64,000 nucleotides of DNA from Trichodelitschia bisporula. Lineage: Eukaryota. A program made the translations under genes and the position numbers. The notes beneath the pieces were generated by a model that had not been told where the DNA came from, searched no databases, and was given only the letters and a program-made list of their open reading frames with translations. Every line of letters begins with the position of its first letter. Position 1 is the stretch's first letter. The stretch is taken from NCBI GenBank assembly GCA_010356995.1, contig ML996687.1, positions 621,803 through 685,802 on the forward strand. Direction: 5' to 3'. Of the stretch, positions 44,801 to 56,200 are shown piece by piece.

Positions 44801-45127
44801 GCTTCGCTGGCTCAAGGGAATGGGAAGGATGCGACGGTGGGCGCGCAGTCTGCGAGCGGTGCACCGAGGGTCGAGCTCCAGTACAGCCCGAGCCGGTCGA
44901 GCACGAGCGGGATGAATCTGGATGGCGCGAGCGATATGATCTCTAGGCCGTCGACGCGGAATAGTGAGGGGCAGGGGAGTGGGGGGGATGATGGGATGGG
45001 CGGGAGTATGAGGAGTAAGGTCGGGAGTGTGAGGAAGAGGTTTAGTATGTTGGGGATTGGGAAGAAGCCGAGTAAGAGTAGTGTGCGGAGTCGAGGGGGG
45101 GTTGGGGAGAGTGTGGTTGAGGAGTGA
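38882..45127 (+). CDS. DOCK180-family Rac/Cdc42 GEF (SH3, C2/DHR-1, DHR-2)
   Basis: N-terminal SH3 (DLPLEIGDELYI...WYRGY...GIFP), FLCSTKYSQD, and DHR-2 motifs (YIRY-like FIRYVHQL, EAGLAL.LHA, YFRVVYKG.GFP, FPTILRRSEI). Probable in-frame intron 44439-44486. Confidence 0.93.
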   Translation: MPWRPLPRIAFGVCTYPFQPSSPADLPLEIGDELYIIEQGGQDGQWYRGYLVAPPSLLAGLTSVKGQTLEARVFSGIFPRVCVEVREVLGDDRSRGGRQDELPVQGVNGRNGSHPDVQQTNGIPTPTSPSPTAGVNGTNGTAKTELTVDPPAIPVSRSMKPENLRLGSRVSRQTVRSEASQLVLPLSPMSVTERDPSAPRPPAPVPMLKIGDETPTSAQEPLVDEIASCLREWHSTKLHELLLARRYTILDKMSNLVQRLDTSRRQLLHKVLTDQELRGLREQTVWDLVNGNKVLSGEVIVRNPAQRGRILTGDDSAIEVTKLQSMMSLLAERPVTPPDEHVAHHLLVSIPHALGELSAPKTIAVHLFSKMPGLPIQSVSEVHAINVSAQTGNAPEGSMKTLFVDLGATDLGEGAGAGSQLYVAFKVIVNEPLRSPVVHSVQSLPRESTSSRDGASFNVNQGGSMKGGRRSLMWGSPRGRKDSENGPRPSGDHLRENESPQARMDQRNASTGTRPLTRDAKTVKRTVAAGVMRVDHILKQDLEVEQEISLWTPTSMPTDERADQDNAWDELVSELLATSSGDYRKYTFPKPLKVFVKGFEDPDAESLIRKTPTLLQNIPQTRRIGFSGAPSKPRSDIYLTLSEPCLPRHAFMAHPKSGTVPLGTQQGLANLQLTLEVRRSTGQRIENCIFPSCNSQGHTAWRTTAVERGEPWNLTIRLAIPPEDVPGSHIVMSIADLPGFPFGLCWMPLWNDGAFIQDGEHVLTLYQYDEYTSSVISGRGAYLGLPWGAKKRDEQSGGPMAALHIRTFLCSTKYSQDPDLLGLLKWQEQPPGTLPSLLRRFVFVPEIEIVKLLNEVLDALFEILVDCAGSAEYENLVFADLVFVLSITYDRRFKLAPIVDTYADTRFKYPAATACLIRSFGRLLSNPTDQETSRKLRATFKVAAHIIKFISAGRRVQEAQSTDGGVTKRKSAFLKDINDIFQALQSLMLNPAPILVGTKTLLVQHFHTWLSELSPIMNPEDILRVTVDFVDSCANAQGKLILYKLVLIIHLVGISALKLPETKRQLRTNTVRWLAPYWGRTENVTEQWREQVRLCCSVVASQINELGQEACEYIPKLVDSYRAIQAVPRPLKKSLSLLFPTSYPFHSRPIDIETTEFDEPLIEIAAVLAAITSLPTTIHLDMPQDDLADFLFSALQVYISILNGEAFPHSWLSVHIFHHKSTMRSLEKLSSILIDSFLPHPDEADQFNTELWRTFFEALLKLVGSNALALETFPEQKRRAVWKIAGDVRELGADLLRRSWDAIGWETSPEDKTQYGLEKLGGYQVQYVPALVGPIVELCLSVHEGLRSVAIQVLQTMIISEWTLSQDLSLVQAEIIDCLDQLFKQKTQSESMLQKVFIGELVDLFEPLVRQPDDPLFVAVKNLVATIEELLDLLVAVHSTDGSGEAFHIMDTLHLMEFLKDMQKEDIFIRYVHQLAQLQADAKNYTEAGLALRLHADLYDWDPATVLEPLSEPHFSTQTAFERKEQLYFQMIKYYEDGQSWDNALGSYMELADQYEHNVFDFAKLARAQRSMATIYESISRGQRDNPRYFRVVYKGFGFPISLRDKQFIFQGLPTDRLSTFTDRLQQQHPSAQVMTSGASDEDLEGQYIYVYAVSPQKDLMHPIYQRSKVSQSVRDYYLLSRPSNFTSSSRRKASDAGMKEQTVEKTVYTTAEPFPTILRRSEIVAVGTMTLSPVQTAIERTTRKTAELLAQEKKIIDGEDTAFSALTDTLTLSVDPDSPASVAIYRDLLRHGQPTRPSSYEDEPVKEDDSPPDPLDNALKIALLDYAIAVRRCLTHYSRPAHQATRVDLQQRKPFVPPYLSYILTDPGFELTFAPELAALTAATQPTTNPRSPSSTSWMSPGAAHTPERPGSPSKQDSPVQALDAAAAKRHNHRLSFTIFKRGSTHERRNGAGAFENGGTGNERVSTEHGRSASLAQGNGKDATVGAQSASGAPRVELQYSPSRSSTSGMNLDGASDMISRPSTRNSEGQGSGGDDGMGGSMRSKVGSVRKRFSMLGIGKKPSKSSVRSRGGVGESVVEE

Positions 45128-46260
45128 GGGGGTTTTTACGTTGTGCTTCGTGGAGGAGGGGGTTTTAATGGAGGGCGCAGGGGACTCCTGGTGGGTTGCG
45201 GCGCCCGGTGTATGCTGAGGTGGGGGAGTAGGGAGTTGTGTTCGTGTGTGCGAGGCCGGGGGTGTTTTCGTGGTGCGTCTGCGCGGCTTACGACATGCAG
45301 AAGAGAAAATGCAGTGCAGAGTGTGCCTCGCGGTTTGTATGCCGTGGAACCTATGGACGTGGTGGTACGATACTTGGGGATGGGGTTGCGCTCATTGTTC
45401 TTTATTTTTTCCTTGGTGCTCGTTGAGGAGGGTCTGCTTGATTGATATACCCGGCTTTCATTTTTCTTGTCGCTTTTCTTGGGTGTGTGTTGGAGGCGTG
45501 GTACGTCAGTCTTTTGGGTTGTTAGGGTGTTGGGTGGATTATTATACTAGTTATGGGGCTGTGAGTTGGGCGTGTTTGATATTTATGTTGATGTTGTTGG
45601 GGGCGGTAGAGCGTAATGGATATGGGTGTTGGGTTGAATGCTGCTTCGCGTGGAGTGATCATATGTATGTCGTCGATGATTTTGGTGACCGCTATCATCG
45701 CGGTCATCGTTCTAGCTCGGCCGTCGTGGGAGGTTCCGCTCGCATTGATGGTGGCCCGTCGTTGAGTATGGTGAAATCCAATGTCTTTTGCTATTCAAAG
45801 GCAGAGACTCTACGATATAGATCCCGCTTTGGACGTCGACGACATTGGCACAGAGGAAGGCTGTCGTGAAGATCCCTTGATTCGTTGAGCGAGGTTCAGG
45901 ACGGCAGAGAATGAAGTGACGATAAGAAACCTGCTCAACCCGTCAACCCACCACATAAAATCACCAGCATGAAAGTACAAAGTCCCTAGAACCATGAATT
46001 ATCCTTCCTCGCCACACGTATATACATCCCCACCAGCCATCCATCCATCATCCAGTCTAATCCTTAACCATTGCTATGGTAAGCCTATGTGCATCATCAT
46101 CCACGCCAAAAGCGGCACCATGATCTAAACCCCACAAAAGGTATTAAAGCAAAAAAGCGAAGGGCAGCATCTCGCCCTCTACCCAAAAAACTCCAACCCA
46201 AAAGCCGCATGCATGTACGCTGTTTTCTAACTTTCATCCAAAATACTCACCGGACCTTGC

Positions 46261-48449
46261 TCAAGCACTAACAGCCTGAATATCAACCGCAAGCTCCGTA
46301 ACGCTAAACGTCACATTCTTCGCCGCAGAATACGCCTCAGACCCAAAGGCAATGTAGCCAAGCCACGCCGTGGTCTGCGGCCCACCATTCGCTTGCAGCT
46401 TGTTCACCAATCCCGAGATTTCCCCCACGAAGCGCGTTGTGTTCTGATCGGCCACCCACGTGAAGACCTTCTGGCCGAAGGCATTGGCGCCGGCGTAGAG
46501 GTCGCTGGACGACGCGTCAGCATTGTCTGTCTTGTACGAGATACGATGCAAGAGCCGCATGATGCGGGGAGTGCAATTGAGATGCGAGACAACGGAAGTC
46601 CGATATGCGCAGCTGCTGTGCGCGGCTACGGGCGCAGGGATACGGCGGGTAGGAAAAGTGGGGGAAGGAGTTCTTACAAGGTGGTCCCGTTTACGGTGTG
46701 GTGGTCGACCGCGCCGGCGGGCAGGCCGATAGGCTGGGTGGCCGCGCCAAACGCACCGAACCAGACCATGACTTCGTAGTCCGATTTCGTGGTGTCGTCC
46801 GAGACGGCCTTATCGGCCGCCAAGAACATGTCTATGCAGACGTTGGCGTTCATCTCTGCATTTCCGATCAGCATGCATATTCCCTCAGACACGCACAAAG
46901 GTCACGAGATGTCGGGCACAAAAACTCACCGGCGTCTACCAGCCCCGAAGTATTCGTGGAGGTGGGCTTGTCGTTGCCGGCGCCATAGTTCCACGCCACA
47001 TCGAAGTTCAAGGCGCTGAGATTCGAGAGTCGGATCGGGATGTCGGTGGTGTTGAGCTTGGCGTTCGGGAAGGCGTGCACGGGCTGATCGACTATCCGCG
47101 AAAGAAAAAGAGGAAAGTCAGCACGCGGCGCATTGGGCACCCGCGGGTTTCAGCCTCGCAAAAAAGACGGAACTCCGCAAACCGGGTCGGCACTTACCAG
47201 GTCCCATAGGATACTGCCACGTCGCGGCAAAAGTCGCTGCAGCCTTTGACTTGGAATCCGCATTTGGCTTTGACGTGACCTGCTTTCGTCAGTTTTGCGT
47301 TCTTCTTCAGCCGCCGCAGGGTAAATCGGCTTGCGTCAACATTGACGCAGGTGGGGTTGAGACGCACGTTCATGCACATGGACGAAGCTTCAGAGGCCGA
47401 CAAGCCCCACTGATTGGGGTTAACTGCGGGAAAACGTTAGCGTCAAGACTCGATAAGCGGTGCAGCCAAGATATCGGATATGCAGGAAGAAACAAAACGA
47501 AAAAGCTGGCAGGGCCTAACCGGGGACGGCTCCGGTCTGCAAAGTGAAGGATGGGCCTTGGGAACAGGGCCATCAGTCGTTCGCCGTTCGGCTGAATCGT
47601 GTGGATGCCCGAAGGTTTGTTGGCCGAAACACAGTTTGATGGGGTGGCGCAGCAGTGATCCACCCCGACCCGTCATCCTGTGTCGTCATGCCGAAGTAAT
47701 TTTAACCGTGTGCCGTGTGAAGGCAAATCCGGATTGCCATTCGGCGATGATCGAAAAGAGCTGCGCCGGCAAAGGGAATTGAACAGTCCAGATTCGGGTT
47801 GGTGTGGCCCAAAATCGTGGAGGGGCAATCGAGTCGAACGCTATGCGCGCTGGCATGGGGCTAATGCCACATGAGCGACACACAAGCGTTGTCCACTCCC
47901 ACTCCCACAAGGGCCCCGCCACCCCAACAACCGGGGCTCCCCGGAGCAACCGGATCTTGGCGTTTGTTGACGGTGTCCAAGTGGCATTGGATCCTGGTCG
48001 CTTCAATCCCCGCTTGCCGCGCTTGGCTTGGTGATCTGACTGGCTGGCCCCTGCATGAAACCGTCGAAACAAGGAACCTCAATGTCCGGTGGGGGTGGCC
48101 GCAAAACACGCGTCGTCGACTCGGGATCCGTGATAGAAAATGAGACGAACAAAAAAATAAAAGAGAGCAAGTCGATTGGAGAGGAGAAAAAATGAACATC
48201 CGAGGGAAAATCTGGAAAAGGGAGAATCGCGCCGCGGAGAGACTCACGAACATATCGTCCCGGGTCAGGCGTGATACCGTAGGACTTTTGGCAGTAGGTA
48301 GTGGTTTGCGGTGCGTTCGGCCCGTATCCGCCGGTGTTGGGGAAGCCGCCGTGGAAGATGTGTTGAGACTCGATTCCTAGGTACACGCCGACCGTGAGAG
48401 CGACGGGGAATGCGAGCAAGACGCCGCTGAGAATCGACAGCAGCCACAT
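46261..48449 (-). CDS. Glycoside hydrolase family 12 endoglucanase with N-terminal signal/anchor (~307 aa, 6 exons)
   Basis: Exons 48449-48248, 47423-47368, 47279-47198, 47091-46930, 46855-46678 and 46504-46261 splice in frame. GH12 motifs LNPNQWG, VHAFPNA, NVCIDMF, YEVMVW (nucleophile Glu) and FGSEAY (acid/base Glu). Confidence 0.88.
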
Positions 48450-50741
48450 GGTGCGTATGAAGCAGCGGTTACAGATAACGAGGGACTAGTCGAGTGAAAA
48501 AAGGCCAGCAGACGAGAGGAATGGCGATATAATTGCTGAACGCCAGACGTAAAACGACAAAATCGGACGTCGACGGTCAGGTCCTTCTTGTATCAGGATG
48601 CGGTTTTGCGACTTCAAAAACGAGTGTGTTTGGAGGTGAGAGGGACGTGTTGAGATGGCGGTTGCTGGGGATGCGGAGGCTTGGAGAACAAAGTTGCGTA
48701 TAAGGCGGCAAAGACGGTGCTGATCGGTTGAAATGGTCTCGCAAAAGTTGCAGTGGGAGCGAGACGAACAGCCATCGTCTTTGCACAAAGACGAGTCGGC
48801 GCCTGCTTCCTTGCCGAAAAAGGATATGGCGACGGGGGTAGTGGCAAAAGGCGTTTGTGTCTGGGGGGGTTCGGGTTACCGGTTTCTGTTTTTAAACAAG
48901 ACCACTGGCTTCGCATGCGGCGTGGCTGGCGTGGCTGTGCTTATCATCCGAATCCCCGAGCCTGTCATTGGGGGAGGAGCTCATATTACACAGGATTCGA
49001 CCCTTTAAGCTATTAAACGGTAGAGGGAGGTCCGTAATGCGTGGCATGATGACACAGGCACCTCGCACTGCACAGGATTCTAGCGCCTCAAGGTATGAGA
49101 TGCCTGTGTGAAGGTATCTTGGATGAACAGTCCGATAAGATAGGCGGTGATCAGATCAGAGAGAGCGAGGGAAGCTCGAGTAGGAAGGTGAGAGCGAAGC
49201 CGGCGAGGAGAGGCCGGCAGGCAGGATCAAAGACAGCCTTTCGCCGATGCAGCAGAAAGTCAAGCACACCGCGCCAAAAGCGCCAGAACTACCACCAAGA
49301 GCCAGTGAACTTCTTTTCCTTTGCCAAGGGAAGACGATAACGTTAGAGACAGGCGTCGTAACTGGCGAGCTGGGAAGAGTGACGCAGCGGCGTTGCTTGC
49401 GTGGTTTCCCCCGAGTCTGCTCCGGAGCAACTCGAATAGGGAAAGAGGAATATGCACGACTACAGAAAGTTGCAGTAGCGAACAGCAGTAATCCGTACAG
49501 CAGTACGTATCGAGTGCATTGAGCGACATTGAGCACATGGAGCGTATCAAGCTTCTCGTTACACCTTCCCTCTTTCCTCTCGGCCTATGATCCTTCTTTC
49601 ACTCTTATGAATAGAGACGGCTGACCCCTAATCCCAGTATCAAAATTATCCGTCACCCCGGGACCCACCCCGAGCCTTGTGGATATCCGTTGTCCTCATT
49701 GCCTTCAACTCCACGCAAACGAAGAGGGTCCTCCGCCCATATCCGCCTCGCATCTCCGCCACTCAGTGCCACTGGTGCAACGCGAGATCCCCACAGCGGC
49801 AAATCATTATTTCGCCTACTGTGGGTTATTCTGGAGCTTGATGGTTAGAGAGAGGAGAACGACTTGGTAAAAGTCACTATCAGCGTCGCTAGTGAGAGAA
49901 GCCAAAACACCCGCTACCCACACACGGCCTGCCGTAAACATGGCCCCCAGCCACTCTTTCAGCCTAGCGTGCATGCCACGGCTCTTCCCCAGTCCAACGC
50001 CTTGAACCCAAAAGCCTTGTTCCCGTCCATTTTCCCATGCACCAGCCATAGCACCGCGTCGTCAGTGTCGTGTGCGTTATGCAAGTAGGTAGCACCCTAA
50101 CACCATCTCACTTTCCCAAGTCTCAACCACACAAACAGAACAATGAAGGAAACCACCTACCCACCATCCCCCCAGGCCCCCCCCCCCCCCCCCCCCGATA
50201 GCCAAAGGGCGTCCTTATCCCGCCCCCTTTGAATGGAAGCTTGATTTGATTAGCCCTCTGAGATCCTCCCGTCCTGTAAAATGTGATCGCTTTTTGCCGC
50301 GCCTCTTTTTGCCATAACCCGTTGCGCGCCAGCCCCGTCCAGCCAGCGCAAGCTTCTCTTGGATACCTACCCACCTCCACCATCTCCTGGCTAAACGCCC
50401 TTTTGCACGTCTTTGACCACACGCACTGCATACGTCTTAATTGTGGAGAGACACCCGCTCGCTGCATCCCATCGCAACCGGAAGTCACCGTTCCCACCTA
50501 CTCTCGCTCGGACCGTTGCTTCAGCCCGCTCACTCCCACTTGTAACTCTGAACAGAAGGAAGCTCCGTAAACAACCTGGCACAACAACCGCTCGCTTCCG
50601 TTCAAATCCCCAGCATCTTTCGTTTTATAGCAATGTCGATTTGCTGAATCGGCATCGGTCCCCCATCGACTTTCGTTCAATATAACCACGCGCCTTCACT
50701 ATCCAAGCTTCACCACGACACCCCCCTGAAGCTTGCCAACC

Positions 50742-53212
50742 ATGGACGGCTTCGACCAGATCAACCAAACTCCACGGTCTGGCCAGAACAATACCTACAC
50801 ACCCTACCAAACTCCGCACTCGTCATCAAGGGTCTCGTTCATCGACAAGGACGACAGCATAGATATAACCCAGGAACAGAGAGCTCGAGGTCATCAGATC
50901 TATGGGGAGATATTAACTCCCAATGCTGCACAGCGTCCGCCGTTCAACTTTTCTCGCAGCGGTGGAAGCAGAACGCTCGCCGAATCCCGCTCAGAAAGCC
51001 CTCCTGGAACTCCTTACGCGTCGGCAGGGACTCAATGGTACAACGGGCGACCAGGCAGCGAGGCCACGTTGGTGTCGTATGCCGGAACCCCCTCTCCTCT
51101 GGTGAGCACCTCCGACGTCGTATCGACAATGTTTTGGCTGACACAGACCCAGCGGAGTGCACAAGATCTCCGGGCACTGATTCCGAATGGCAACTACAAT
51201 GCATCGTCAATTAACCTAGATCAGGGATGGGGGCAGGACTGTTCCATCCTCCAGCTCGATGAGCGGGACGACCACGCCCACATGGCACCATGGAAACGTC
51301 GTATCTACTACACCGTCCCGTTTCTAGCCATCGCTTCGATTGGTACGTACTGGGCGTACTTCGTGCTTCGCATCCTGTTCGTCATCTCAGCACAGAGGAA
51401 AAACGGACAGTCATTCCCCATGGCATGGGTGTTTATCGGTGTCGAAGTTGCCGTCGCCATCCCGATCATGCTGCACTCTTTCTGGACCCTCTTTGGCATC
51501 AAGAAGCGCAACCGCCCGCAGTTCCGTCTACAAGGTGAAGACTTGCCGACTGTCGACGTCCTGATCACCTGCTGCAAGGAAGAGGTGGATCTCATTGTGG
51601 ATACAACCCGCGCAGCTTGTGAAGTCGACTACCCGCAGGACCGGTTTCGCGTGGTGGTGCTGGACGACGGCGGCGACGATGTGCTGAGGTTGGCGCTTCA
51701 GGCCCTGCAAAAGGAATACCCCAACCTGGTTTATCGCAGCCGCGAGAAGATCCCTGGCGTTCCGCACCACTTCAAGGCCGGCAATCTCAACTATGGCCTG
51801 GACGAAGTGCACTCCATGGCCGGAGGAGCTTCGCAGTTTGTCGCCGCGCTGGACGCCGATATGATTCCCGAACCGCACTGGCTCCGTGCCATCTTGCCGC
51901 ATCTGCTCATCGATGAGAAGATGGCCCTTGCTTGTCCGCCTCAGGTATGATGCGATAGTGGATTTTCGTAGTTCTCTTACTGACGTCGACAGCTGTTCTA
52001 CAATGTACCACCTGGTGACCCACTTGCCCAAAGTCTGGATTTCTTCGTGCACGTATCGGAACCGGTTAAGGATGCGCTCGGTGTAGCGTGGTGTACAGGG
52101 TCCGGTTATGTGTGTCGCCGCGCAGCGCTCGATCAGATTGGCTGTTTTCCACTCGGCTCATTGGCTGAGGATGTTGCGACTTCCACTCTCATGCTGGGCA
52201 AGGGCTGGAAGACAGCCTACATCCACGAGCCTCTGCAATTTGGCACCGTTCCCGACAGTTTCAGCAGTCACTTGAAGCAGCGGACGCGATGGGTGCGCTC
52301 ATTCTCTCTATTCTCGTATTTTGCTCAACTAACCCTTCGCAGGCAATTGGCACAGTCGACACGACGTTCAAGCTCAACTTCTCGCTGTGGGGCAAGGACG
52401 TCGCGAAGATGGGCTTCTTCCAGCGCTTCTGCGGCTTCGTCTACGGCGTTTCGGCTCTCTTCAACATCTTCCTCGCGCTCTCCGTCTACGCGCTGCCCAT
52501 TGTGCTTATTTCCGGCAAGCCGCTGATCGCTTACGCCAATAATGAGCAGCTCCGCTGGCTAATCCGCGCCTGCTTTATCGCACTAATCACTAATCGCATC
52601 TTCGAGTTCGTCCTCACGCTCCCGTCAGGCTATGCCGTCGGTCAGCGCGGCGCCCGTGCCCATCTCTGGATGGCGCCGTACATCGCCAACTCCGTCTTCC
52701 GCTCGTTCTTCCTGCCAACGTGGCTCGGCGGCAAGCTCGCCAGCTTCAAGCCAACTGGCTCGCTGAAATCGGACATTAACGAGCGCGATCCCTCGACGCG
52801 CGCCCCGCTATTCCGCCGCTTCTTCACCATCGTCTTTAATTACCTGGCGTGGTACCACATCGCATTCGTGTACTTCACCCTCTCGGCTGTTACCTTGTCG
52901 ACTTGCCGGTGCATCGCGGAGCAGCGCACGACAAACGACCGCGGTATGTGTCTTCTGACGCACGCTTTCTGGCCGCCGATTTCTTGGATCATGGTGATCA
53001 GCGCATTCTGGATTCCCATCTCCTACGCGATCAACCCGCCTGACTGCCCGCCGCGTGAGGATCTCCTCGTGCGCGAGAAGAACGGTGTCGCCCATCCGTC
53101 GGAGAAGGCCAAGAAGACGGGCTGGTCCGGACAGACCGCCATCTTCGAGCTCGAGTACACGCTCACCTCGCTTTTCACATGCTTTGTTTTTGCGCTTGCC
53201 TTCCTCTACTAA
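50742..53212 (+). CDS. Processive GT2 glycosyltransferase, cellulose-synthase-like (CelA/Tft1-type beta-glucan synthase candidate, ~775 aa)
   Basis: Full D,D,D,QxxRW signature (VLDDG, KAGNLN, DADM, LAEDV, KQRTRW), two N-terminal and several C-terminal TM helices. Introns 51102-51146, 51945-51992 and 52293-52342. Confidence 0.93.
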
Positions 53213-56200
53213 GGTTCTCTGCGGCCTCGAGCCGGGTCGTCTGCCGCCAACGGGTGCGGTCGCGCCCTTGCTCGGTGCGTTTGTTTTCTACAGCATTGAC
53301 GGAGTTTTTGTCCGGCTGCCACCTTTTCCGCCGCGGAAACCTTGCATTCTTTGAATATACACCTGTGCTAAGGGGAGCGACATATACAGAGCAGCAGCAT
53401 TTGCATATAATTCTTGGGAGATACACCCCCTTTGCATATTTCTCCAGCAAGGGAGCCTGATAGACACGCATGGGGGAACGAACTTTATCATTGTTTCCGG
53501 CCTCTGGGGGGAACTGCGGTTCCGAATTGGTTGTTAGCCGCCATTGTACATACGCAACCGATGTGTACCGTTTGGTTTCTTCGATTGTGGGAGTTCCCTT
53601 TCCCTTGTGGGGGAGGGACAGTGCGGCTTAGCGTAATGTTTTGTGTTGGTTCGTTTCACGCGGAGGATGTTGCGACGATGGATTGTCGGAGATCGGAGGG
53701 AAGGGACGATGGTAGTTGAGGGGGGCCTGAACGCCCGTCAGCCTCCTTTGCTGAGGGCGTTTGTGGCGCGGAACGGCGAAAGTTGGATAGTCAGGCCGCG
53801 TAATAGATGGGCGCTTAGGAGTCAGTCGGCTTGGAAAGGGAATAATGAGAATAGATATCCATTGCACGATTCGTGCCTTGCATCGCTGAGATCGGTGTTT
53901 GATGTTGCGTGTCTAACGGGTTTGGGTGCGCTTGGCGGATTGGCATGCGATTTCAAGGTTCGTCGGTTCCGCTCACCAACGCCGTTCGTCAGCTTCTTCA
54001 TCTCTCAATTTCGCTCGCATACTCCTGTTTCTATGCTGACCTAGCAGTTGTGGTGTCAAGACTTTGAGAACACTTCTAGCTATCGCGCTACAACATTTCC
54101 CCTCCGGTCGTCGACTTCGTCCTCTACTCGTACTCATTAACAGCAGACATACCGAACCCTGACAGCATGTCGCTACGCTCAATCTCCATACGATGATGCG
54201 CCGTGGAAGCGCTTCAAAGGTTCTGCGCCGGTGCCGGAACTTAGGAATCTTGCTTCGGCCCGCAAATGGCACTGAAGCTTGGAAATTCGGTGTCCTTCGC
54301 AAGCACTAGTGCAATCGACTACGAGGTACACCAGCGTCAAGGCTTCTCAAGGAGTCATGAAGGCCCATCTCAAGTTCTCCGACGCCGGCCAAATATCTTG
54401 CCCCAGTCTTCTCGGAGATATCCGCCCTCATCAACATCCTTAATCTCAGCCACTGCCGACGTGTAAAAGCTTAGCCATCACAACATGGGAGGCTTCCACC
54501 TGGTCCATGAAATGGAACAATTCGAGAAGTAATGGCAATGCGGAAGATTGTATGAGGCGCAGCTTCATTGGCAATATTACCCGACGACCATCATCTACAG
54601 TGTGCTGCCAAAGGATCGGGGCGAGAAATGAGCAACGTAATATACTGTTGATCACGGAGGCTGAGTATTCTCTGATCGCCGGGCTATGCAAAAGTTTACA
54701 AGCACCTTGCAACCACGATGCTCTCCTGGGATAGAGCCGTATATCGAGTTTGGATTCGACCTGTCGCTTACCTTTGCATTGCAGCCCATAGCATTTAGTC
54801 TGATTCCCATTGCATAGCGGTTACATCTGCCACGTAAGCCAGAATAGTCACAACGTAGATCGCATCCTCCCGATGACGTTCTGCAAGGCGAGGTATCACG
54901 CCTGGGACCCGCATCCTAAAGGCATAACTCGCCACTCCCAACTTGGCCAACATTCGGCATACTCACATCACACATTTATAGGGATACGATACGAACAAGC
55001 ACGAAACACGCATGTGCCAAGAGATGATTGCTTGTTTGTTTGTTTACTGATGATAAAAACATTTCCGAACACTGTTCAAAGCCAAGCTAAAGCCAAACTT
55101 GCATTATTACTGTAATATTACAATTAATACTTTATGCCAAGCCTAACTTCTGCACTATGGTTGGTCAACCTCTGTCCTGGTGTCTGTAAATGAACGGTAA
55201 TTTAAGTATTCAATCTTAATGCCTTAGGCTGACAGACCTTCAAACACGGGCCATTTTCAGCTAGTGCTTCTTATAACGACTACGTTTGTTGCTTGAAGCC
55301 CGTGTTCATTGTTTTAACCGCATCCCTACACATTCAAGCCTTCCAACCTCAAAACTCATAAACCACCACTTCCAACCTCGCCACCTTCCCCTTTCCCCCA
55401 GTCCCGCACCCGATCTCACCATCCCTGCCCAGTCCCACCATGCAAGGCACGCCCGCCCAGGCGACCAACCAGGAACCCCAGCCGCACCAGCGGGGGCACC
55501 ACAGCAGCCACGCCAAAACGGCGCGACCGGGATGCCATGCCGCGCGCCCCCCCACCCTTGACCCCGTCATCGCCAACCCGAGCGGCGCCGGTCCCACATG
55601 GTGCAACCGCATTCTGGGCCCGACTCAATTAGCCGGCCTGGTTTAAGAGGAGCTAGTTGGTTAGGGAGGTGCTGATCTGGTTCGTTGGCCGCGAGGAAAT
55701 GTTTAGGGGGATAGGGGATCTTGCTAGGGATGGAGTTGGGTATGTGGGAAAAGGGAGGGGGAGAGGATGGAAATTAGGGAAGTGGTGAAGCATTGCACGG
55801 CGGAGATTCGCCGGCTTTTTTGGCGTGTGCTTGCGAGGGTTGGGTTTTGCCTGTCCACGGATACAGTCAGCGCGTCGGGCCTGCGCGGTGCGGGTCGGGT
55901 ACGGGGCGGTACGGTAGCGCGGAGTGAGAGAAGGAGCTCCAAGGGAGGCTCCGTAGGAGACATCTCCGCTGTCCGGGGTTGGTGGAAGGAGAAGGAAAGC
56001 CACCGACGTCGTGCGTGGGGGCAGGGATTGGGATGGTGAGATAGTGGGACTGGTGGGGGTTGGTGCTGGGAGGTGAAACTTGTTGTGCTGTGGTTGCGGC
56101 GGAGAGGGCTCGTTAAGGGTGGGGCTGGGTTGGGGTTGGTGATGGAGGGGAATGGGAATGGGTTGGGGTGCGGGGAGGTTGGAGACGTGGGTTGGGAGTG

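Noticed and set aside
45143..45869. ORFs downstream of the DOCK gene
   Set aside because: They have non-ATG starts and GT-rich 3'UTR-like composition giving Cys/Trp/Val-biased nonsense translations.
50177..50197. Poly-C run in the GH12/GT2 spacer as a G-quadruplex switch
   Set aside because: A homopolymer alone is weak evidence, and its length may be unreliable in the assembly.
54100..54800. Short ORFs downstream of the GT2 gene as a third module component
   Set aside because: I could not build a consistent spliced model or find a signal peptide or CAZyme motif.
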